DNA of 51,422 bases from Minisyncoccota bacterium. Lineage in GTDB: Bacteria > Patescibacteriota > Minisyncoccia > SW-4-49-11. Where the stretch lies: contig JAULZW010000004.1 of NCBI GenBank assembly GCA_032117235.1, positions 1 to 51,422 of the forward strand, given 5' to 3'. Both the position numbers and the translations under genes were made by a program. Under the pieces are notes generated by a model, which was given only the letters and a program-made list of their open reading frames with translations, made no database searches and had not been told where the DNA came from. This document shows positions 38,202 through 43,924 of this stretch, piece by piece (position 1 is the first letter of the stretch; each line of letters begins with the position of its first letter).

Positions 38202-40046
38202 ATGGCACAAGGTCAAAATTCCCATTTTGAGGCACAGCTTTTCAAGGCAGCAGATAAACTTCGTAAAAATATTGATGCAGCAGAATATAAAAATGTAGCT
38301 CTTGGACTTATTTTTCTTAAATATATTTCAGAATCTTTTCAAGAACTTTATGACAAATTAGCTCAGGATGAATTCAGTGATCCAGAAGACAGAGATGAAT
38401 ATATTGCCGAGAATATTTTCTTTGTACCCGAACAGGCAAGATGGAAAAATCTCCAAGCCAAAGCAAAACTCCCAACTATTGGACAAGAGCTTGATGAGGC
38501 AATGGAGGTAATCGAGAAAGAAAATCCCGAGCTCAAAAACGTACTACCCAAAGTATTTGGAAAGCCTAATTTAGATAAAGCTTCACTCGGACAATTGATT
38601 GACCTTATTTCTAATACAGAATTACAAGTAGAAAATACTAAATCCAACCTGCCTACCGGAGCTTCGGCGCAGGCAGGAGATTTATTTGGAAGAGTATATG
38701 AATATTTTCTTGGAGAATTTGCCAATGCCGAAGGGAAAAAGGGAGGACAATTCTATACCCCTAAATCCATAGTAAAACTAATGGTAGAAATGATAGAACC
38801 CTACAAAGGTCGTGTCTATGATCCCGCTTGTGGTTCTGGAGGAATGTTTGTGATGAGTGAAAAATTTGTACAAGAACACTCAGGAAATATCAAAGACATC
38901 ACTATTTATGGACAAGAATCCAATCAAACAACTTGGAAGCTCTCCAAAATGAATCTTGCAATCCGTAATATAAACTCACAATTTGTAGCTTGGAATACCG
39001 AAGGAAGTTTTCTCAAAGATGCACATCCTGACCTCAAAGCCGACTATATTCTCGCAAATCCTCCATTTAATCAATCAGATTGGGGAGTAGATATACTTCA
39101 AGATGATGCAAGGTGGAAATATGGAAAACCACCAGCAGGGAATGCTAATTTTGGATGGATGGAGCATATGTTATATCACCTTGCACCTCATGGAGTAATG
39201 GCAACTGTACTAGCTAATGGAAGCCTTAGCTCCAATACTTCAGGAGAAGGAGAAATCCGCAAAACTTTGATTCAATATGATTTGGTGGAATGTATCGTTG
39301 CACTCCCAAAGCAACTATTTTATAATACTGGAATACCCGCCTGTATTTGGATATTGAGAAGAGAAAGAACAACACGCCTGCCTGGCAGTCAGACAGGCAA
39401 TAAAGAAATTCTCTTCATCGATGCCTCAGATATGGGATTCCTCAAAGACCGAGTTCATAGAGAATTTACTGAAGAAGATATAGACACTATTGCCAACACC
39501 TATCATAATTGGCGAAAAAATCCTGAACAATACGAGGATATCAAAGGCTTTTGTAAATCAGCACAAAGGGATGAAGTAGAGAAACATGGTTTTGTTCTCA
39601 CTCCTGGACGCTATGTAGGGATTAAAGATGCAGAAGATGACCTGCCTGCGCCGAAGCCGAACACATTTTATGTTTATGTTATCAAATGTAGTAATGATAC
39701 CTTATATATTGGGCAAACACAAGATTTGAGGAAAAGATGGAAAGAACATATTCTAGGAAAAGCTTCTGACTGGACAAAAAAATATCCACCAAAATTTATT
39801 ATTCACCATGAAATATTCTCTACAAGAGAAGATGCAGTTAATCGAGAAAAAGAATTAAAAACAACCAATGGAAGAAGATATTTGAAAAAAATTATTGAAG
39901 ACGGATCGGCGAGGCAGGCAGGCGGAATACCATTTGAAGAGAAAATGCAAAAACTCACTACCACTCTTGCTGAGCAATTTGCCAAAGAAGAAAAAATGAA
40001 TGTAGAAATCAAAAAGCAACTTGCTAAAATTGGATTTAGTATTTAA
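38202..40046 (+). CDS. hsdM: type I restriction-modification methyltransferase subunit HsdM carrying an internal GIY-YIG domain
   Basis: HsdM N-domain ([31 protein letters not shown]), AdoMet motif [10 protein letters not shown], motif IV NPPFN, C-terminal helix [17 protein letters not shown]. At 614 aa it is ~110 aa longer than the ~500 aa usual for HsdM; the excess is accounted for by three GC-rich inserts. Confidence 0.92.
   Translation: MAQGQNSHFEAQLFKAADKLRKNIDAAEYKNVALGLIFLKYISESFQELYDKLAQDEFSDPEDRDEYIAENIFFVPEQARWKNLQAKAKLPTIGQELDEAMEVIEKENPELKNVLPKVFGKPNLDKASLGQLIDLISNTELQVENTKSNLPTGASAQAGDLFGRVYEYFLGEFANAEGKKGGQFYTPKSIVKLMVEMIEPYKGRVYDPACGSGGMFVMSEKFVQEHSGNIKDITIYGQESNQTTWKLSKMNLAIRNINSQFVAWNTEGSFLKDAHPDLKADYILANPPFNQSDWGVDILQDDARWKYGKPPAGNANFGWMEHMLYHLAPHGVMATVLANGSLSSNTSGEGEIRKTLIQYDLVECIVALPKQLFYNTGIPACIWILRRERTTRLPGSQTGNKEILFIDASDMGFLKDRVHREFTEEDIDTIANTYHNWRKNPEQYEDIKGFCKSAQRDEVEKHGFVLTPGRYVGIKDAEDDLPAPKPNTFYVYVIKCSNDTLYIGQTQDLRKRWKEHILGKASDWTKKYPPKFIIHHEIFSTREDAVNREKELKTTNGRRYLKKIIEDGSARQAGGIPFEEKMQKLTTTLAEQFAKEEKMNVEIKKQLAKIGFSI
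38648..38677. repeat. 30-nt GC-rich palindromic insert, family 1 (CCTGCCT...AGGCAGG), in frame in hsdM
   Basis: cctgcctaccggagcttcggcgcaggcagg, read as [10 protein letters not shown]. Its reverse complement shares its first 17 nt (cctgcctgcgccgaagc) with the left end of the GIY-YIG insert at 39641. Confidence 0.8.
39376..39398. repeat. 23-nt hairpin insert, family 2 (GCCTGCCTGG-n4-CAGACAGGC), in hsdM
   Basis: gcctgcctggcagtcagacaggc matches 21 of 23 nt of 44015-44037 in hsdR. The 9-nt arms pair with one mismatch. Confidence 0.75.
39641..39922 (+). mobile_element. 282-nt TIR-bounded in-frame insert encoding a GIY-YIG (URI/UPF0213-like) nuclease domain
   Basis: The left end is cctgcctgcgccga. 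The right end ...tcggcgaggcaggcagg has the reverse complement cctgcctgcctcgccga. The inverted terminal repeat is therefore CCTGCCTG + CGCCGA with a 3-nt indel. The cargo encodes [28 protein letters not shown]...[12 protein letters not shown]. The length is divisible by 3. It sits in the linker where ordinary HsdM reads ...GRYVG..EDD-(G)EPFEEKM.... Confidence 0.7.
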
Positions 40047-40058
40047 AAAATAATAAAT

Positions 40059-41063
40059 ATGCCTCAATTAACAAACTATCAAAATCTCGCTCAAGATATA
40101 ACAAAAATTCTTGAAAATGGTAGAAATCAAGCTGTATCAAATGTAAATACAATACTCCTTCAAACATATTGGAAAGTGGGAAAAAGTATTGTTGAATTTG
40201 AGCAAAAAGGAAATGTAAAGGCAGAATATGGCAAAGAATTACTCATTTCATTATCCAAAGAACTTAAAAAATATGGGAAAGGATTTAGTAGAAGCAATTT
40301 GCAGTATATGCGGCTTTTGTATATATTTTTTCCAGATTTGCCAGACAGGTCTGGCAGATTGACTTGGAGTCATTATGTGGAGATTTTGGGAGTTTCAGAC
40401 GAGCTTGCTCGTAGTTTTTATGAAAAACAATGTATCTTAGAAAATTGGTCGGTCAGAGAGCTAAAAAGACAAAAACAATCAATGTTATTTGAAAGATTTG
40501 CTCTTGGGAAAAATAAGGAAGAAATTTTGGAGCTTTCACATAAGGGGCAAACAATTCAAAAAGCACAAGATATTATTAAAGAGCCATATATTCTTGAATT
40601 TCTTGGTATACCAGAGCCTCATAATTTTTCAGAAGCTGAACTAGAACAAAAAATTATTGATAACTTGCAAATGTTTTTATTAGAACTTGGAAAAGGTTTT
40701 ACTTTTATCAAAAAGCAATTTCGCATTAGTTTTGATAGTCGTCATCATTATATAGATCTGGTGTTTTATCATCGTATTTTGAAGTGTTTTGTGCTTATTG
40801 ATCTCAAAATCGGCGAGGCTGATCATGTAGATGTAGGTCAGATGAATATGTATCTCAATTATTTCAAGACAGAAGAAAACACCGAAGGAGACAATGAACC
40901 AATCGGAATAATTCTTAGTGCTGAAAAGAATGACATCAAGATGGAATATGCAATGGGCGGAATCAGCAATCAGATGTTTGTATCTAAATATCAACTCTAT
41001 CTCCCAAAACCAGAAGAGTTAGAGGCAGAAATAGAGAATTTTTTATCTCACAATGGAAAATAA
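40059..41063 (+). CDS. YhcG-like PD-(D/E)xK nuclease (DUF1016 family)
   Basis: LTWSHYVEIL block and a C-terminal nuclease core (IDLVFYHRILKCFVLIDLKIGE). This family is often embedded in type I R-M loci. Confidence 0.8.
   Translation: MPQLTNYQNLAQDITKILENGRNQAVSNVNTILLQTYWKVGKSIVEFEQKGNVKAEYGKELLISLSKELKKYGKGFSRSNLQYMRLLYIFFPDLPDRSGRLTWSHYVEILGVSDELARSFYEKQCILENWSVRELKRQKQSMLFERFALGKNKEEILELSHKGQTIQKAQDIIKEPYILEFLGIPEPHNFSEAELEQKIIDNLQMFLLELGKGFTFIKKQFRISFDSRHHYIDLVFYHRILKCFVLIDLKIGEADHVDVGQMNMYLNYFKTEENTEGDNEPIGIILSAEKNDIKMEYAMGGISNQMFVSKYQLYLPKPEELEAEIENFLSHNGK
40339..40356. repeat. perfect 8+8 palindrome tgccagac-ag-gtctggca inside the DUF1016 gene
   Basis: Read directly. It shares the CTGGCAGA / CAGACAGG strings with the family 2 hairpins. 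It encodes DLPDRSGR where relatives usually have a short loop before LSWSHY. Confidence 0.6.
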
Positions 41064-42393
41064 TATGACAGATAAACTACAAAAAAGTAATTTTGTAAAC
41101 TCCACATCCTCGCCAACACAAAACAACAATGTGTCTTCATTGAATAATCCCGTAGAGTCGGCGCCCTCGCCGACATATTCCAACATATCCTCGCCGACAT
41201 ATCCTCAAGACTGGCAAGAGACGACTTTGGGGGAGGTTTGTGAGATCAAAGGTGGGAAGAGGTTGCCAAAAGGAGAAACCCTTGTATTAGAAAAAACAAG
41301 TCATCCATACATTCGTATAACTGATCTTGAAAATAATCAAATCAAAAAGCATCAATTACAATTTGTTACTGATGAAGCTTTTCAAAACATTTCGAGGTAT
41401 ATTGTAAATACTGGTGATGTAATTGTCTCTATTGTTGGAAGTATTGGTTTTGTTGCCTTCATTGATGAAGATTTGGATAATGCTAGTTTAACTGAAAACT
41501 GTGTGAAATTCGTTAACCTAAAAAATCTTGATTCAAAATTTTTATATTACTTTTTAATCTCAAAAAATGGGCAAGAAGAAATAGCTAAAAATACAGTTGG
41601 AGCTGTACAAAAGAAGTTGCCAATTTATGGAGTCCAAAATATTCAACTCCTCCTCCCACCTCTCCCAGAACAAAAAGCCATCGCCTCAGTATTAAGTAGC
41701 TTTGATGATAAGATTGAGCTTTTGCGAGAGCAAAATAAAACATTAGAAGAGATGGGGCAGAACATATTCAAAGAATGGTTCCTGCCTAGCCGCCCGTCTG
41801 TCGGTCGGACAGGGCAGGCAGGTGGGAAGTATGGTGTAGATAATCCTAACGACTTGCCTGAGGACTGGAGAATCGGGAAGTTGGGGGATATCTGTGAAAT
41901 TACATCAGGTAAAAGACCAGAAAATATAAGTGATACAAAAATAGGTATACAACAAATTCCGGTACTTGGAGCAACAAAAATTATGGGATATGTAGATAAA
42001 TATTTATTTGACGGAAAAACACTTGTAATTGGAAGAGTTGGAACTCATGGGGAGGTTCAAAGGTTTAATGAAAAAATATTTCCATCTGATAATACTCTAG
42101 TTTTAAAATCTGATAATTTTATTTTTGTATATCAAATTTTGAAAAGTATTGATTATGTAAAAATGAATAGAGGTGGAGTTCAGCCCCTTATTACACAAAC
42201 AGATTTGAAAAATTATGAGATTATAATTCCAAGTAATGAATTATTGAAAAAGTTCAAAGAAACAATAAATCCAGTATTCGAAAAAATAGATAAAAATAAT
42301 GTTCAAATCCAATTCCTCGCTCGAACTCGTGATGAGCTTTTACCAAAATTGATGAGTGGGCATGTGAGGGTGAATTATCAAGATAAACTATGA
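41053..42393 (+). CDS. hsdS: type I R-M specificity subunit HsdS (two TRDs)
   Basis: It has TRD1, the central conserved helix LPPLPEQKAIASVLSSFDDKIELLREQNKTLEEMGQNIFKEWF, TRD2, and the distal conserved helix (RTRDELLPKLMSG). The N-terminal ~50 aa are low-complexity and REP-derived. Confidence 0.88.
   Translation: MENNMTDKLQKSNFVNSTSSPTQNNNVSSLNNPVESAPSPTYSNISSPTYPQDWQETTLGEVCEIKGGKRLPKGETLVLEKTSHPYIRITDLENNQIKKHQLQFVTDEAFQNISRYIVNTGDVIVSIVGSIGFVAFIDEDLDNASLTENCVKFVNLKNLDSKFLYYFLISKNGQEEIAKNTVGAVQKKLPIYGVQNIQLLLPPLPEQKAIASVLSSFDDKIELLREQNKTLEEMGQNIFKEWFLPSRPSVGRTGQAGGKYGVDNPNDLPEDWRIGKLGDICEITSGKRPENISDTKIGIQQIPVLGATKIMGYVDKYLFDGKTLVIGRVGTHGEVQRFNEKIFPSDNTLVLKSDNFIFVYQILKSIDYVKMNRGGVQPLITQTDLKNYEIIIPSNELLKKFKETINPVFEKIDKNNVQIQFLARTRDELLPKLMSGHVRVNYQDKL
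41151..41174 (+). repeat. REP (GTAG + hairpin), + orientation, inside the hsdS 5' region
   Basis: cGTAGa gtcggcg ccct cgccgac, read as VESAPSPT. Right-arm half copies cctcgcc(g/a)ac also occur at 41108-41117 and 41189-41198. Confidence 0.8.
41781..41822. repeat. 42-nt GC-rich palindromic insert, family 1, in frame in hsdS
   Basis: cctgcctagccgcccgtctgtcggtcggacagggcaggcagg, read as LPSRPSVGRTGQAG. It lies directly after the central conserved helix and uses the same L-P...Q-A-G reading phase as 38648 and 39641. Confidence 0.75.
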
Positions 42394-43274
42394 GAATCTC
42401 ATCAAAAACAATAGATTACCTAAAGGACATTATCACTGGAGATTCTAAGAAAACTAGATATTTATCAGGTCCCCAGCTTGTGGAGTTTTTTAATGAGCTT
42501 GGGTGGCAAGATATATATGGACAAGGGTTTCCTAGTAGGTGGGAATATACAAAGAGAAAATTATTTGAATTAAATCAACTAGATAGGATTGAAGAAATAA
42601 TAGAGCATTATTATAGCCCAATAAATTTTATTGAAGATAAAGAGGGATATAAATATTTAATTAAAGAATTGAATGAATATCTTGCTTTTGAGGATCTTGA
42701 GCTAAAAGTGGAAACTAAAACAGTAAAATTACAACCCAAAATAAATGTCGGCGAGGGCGCCGACTCTACGAAATTCAAGGATGCCGACTGGGGAGACGAC
42801 TATACGAAACAAATTTCAATCAATTTAGAACAATTAAATATAGACCCTAAATTGACTGAAATAATAAAATATCGTTTAATAGAGATCCAAAGAGGTATAG
42901 AAAATAATTGTCCTTTATCAGTTATTATTTTAGTAGGTTCAATATTAGAAGCTGTATTTTTCGATTTAGCACATAAGAATAAGCCGTTATTTAATAGAGC
43001 ACATGCTAGTCCTAAAATTTCTGATAAAGTAAAATTTTTTGGAGAATGGACACTTGGGAACTATATTGATGTTGCAAAAGAATTGGGATATATAAAAGAA
43101 GATCAAAAAAAGTTTAGTATGATATTGAGAGATTTTAGAAATTATATACATCCATCCAAGCAATTAACAGAAGATTTTCATCCTAGCATAGATACAGCTA
43201 AGCAATGTATTTATGTATTAGAGGGTTCTATAAATCAAATTATTGCAAAGACAGAATATGAAAAGGAAAAATAA
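42390..43274 (+). CDS. hypothetical R-M-embedded protein with a C-terminal HEPN-like RxxRNxxH motif
   Basis: The start overlaps the hsdS stop (ATGA). The C-terminal helical region contains ILRDFRNYIHP. It carries an in-frame REP (VGEGADSTKF). Confidence 0.6.
   Translation: MRISSKTIDYLKDIITGDSKKTRYLSGPQLVEFFNELGWQDIYGQGFPSRWEYTKRKLFELNQLDRIEEIIEHYYSPINFIEDKEGYKYLIKELNEYLAFEDLELKVETKTVKLQPKINVGEGADSTKFKDADWGDDYTKQISINLEQLNIDPKLTEIIKYRLIEIQRGIENNCPLSVIILVGSILEAVFFDLAHKNKPLFNRAHASPKISDKVKFFGEWTLGNYIDVAKELGYIKEDQKKFSMILRDFRNYIHPSKQLTEDFHPSIDTAKQCIYVLEGSINQIIAKTEYEKEK
42747..42772 (-). repeat. REP, - orientation, inside ORF 42390..43274
   Basis: gtcggcg aggg cgccgac tCTACgaa. The 45-nt block 42744-42788 matches 43711-43755 at 41 of 45 positions. 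Confidence 0.85.
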
Positions 43275-43920
43275 TCGTTTATCAAATGATTTGTATCAAG
43301 GCGGGTATTGGTATTTTATCACCTTATGCTCTTATAATATGCAATGTATTTTTGTAGAGTCGGCGCCCTCGCCGACACAATCAAGTCAAAAATACAAACT
43401 TAATCACTTGGGGAAAATTATTGAAAAAGTGTGGTTGAATACAACTCAATGTTATTCGGATATTATTCTTGATGAATATGTTATTATGCCGAACCATTTT
43501 CATGGTATAATTGGACTTGATGAGAATTCTTGTTCTTCGGTGACAAGAAAAAAGGTGAGTTTGGGGGATGTGGTCAGTTCGTTTAAGAGTGTTTCTTTGA
43601 GGGAGTTTAAGGAGAGTGTCGGCGGGGGTGTGAGGGAAAATGTCGGCGAAGATTTGAATGACAATGTCGGCGAGGGCGCCGACTCTACGAAGTTCGGTGA
43701 TGTGAAGTACAATGTCGGCGAGGGTGCCGACTCTACGAAGTTTAAGGGTGCCGACTCTACGAAGTCTACTTTGAATAAATATGGAACTTTCTGGCAAAAA
43801 TCTTTTTATGACCATATTATTAGAAATGATAAAGATTTATTTCGTATACAGGAATATATTATAAATAACCCTATAAATTGGGAAATGGATTCTCTGCATC
43901 CTAACAACTTTAATAAATGA
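43243..43920 (+). CDS. REP-associated tyrosine transposase (RAYT; Y1/HUH, IS200-like, COG1943 type)
   Basis: It shows YWYFITLCSYN, the HUH motif in VIMPNHFHGII, the C-terminal block FWQKSFYDHIIRNDKDLFRIQEYIINNP, and the candidate catalytic Tyr in QEYIINNP. An alternative start lies at 43258. The ORF stays open despite REP-derived inserts. Confidence 0.75.
   Translation: MQRQNMKRKNNRLSNDLYQGGYWYFITLCSYNMQCIFVESAPSPTQSSQKYKLNHLGKIIEKVWLNTTQCYSDIILDEYVIMPNHFHGIIGLDENSCSSVTRKKVSLGDVVSSFKSVSLREFKESVGGGVRENVGEDLNDNVGEGADSTKFGDVKYNVGEGADSTKFKGADSTKSTLNKYGTFWQKSFYDHIIRNDKDLFRIQEYIINNPINWEMDSLHPNNFNK
43353..43376 (+). repeat. REP, + orientation, inside the RAYT gene
   Basis: tGTAGa gtcggcg ccct cgccgac, read as VESAPSPT in the same frame as the hsdS copy. 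Confidence 0.85.
43616..43763 (-). repeat. phased array of full and partial REPs inside the RAYT gene
   Basis: Left arms gtcggcg occur at 43618, 43642, 43666 and 43714. Full REPs lie at 43666-43691 and 43714-43739, with a right-arm half at 43746-43763. Spacings are 24 or 48 nt. The array reads ...NVGEGADSTKFGDVKYNVGEGADSTKFKGADSTKS. Confidence 0.85.
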
Positions 43921-43924
43921 CAAT

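Noticed and set aside
37982-38230. Tracked 82-aa ORF in the dprA-hsdM spacer
   Set aside because: It needs a TTG start, reads straight through a strong intrinsic terminator (38096-38120) and the hsdM promoter, and overlaps the hsdM start. The composition is low-complexity. It is treated as non-coding.
43381-43815. Antisense ORFs over the RAYT gene (43381..43815 -, 43500..43712 -) and the many antisense or alternate-frame ORFs within hsdR, lon, nusA, pheT, dprA and others in the track
   Set aside because: All lie inside strongly supported genes on the other strand or frame. Their peptides are low-complexity mirror translations (for example repeated LRRVGTL from REPs). No independent signals.
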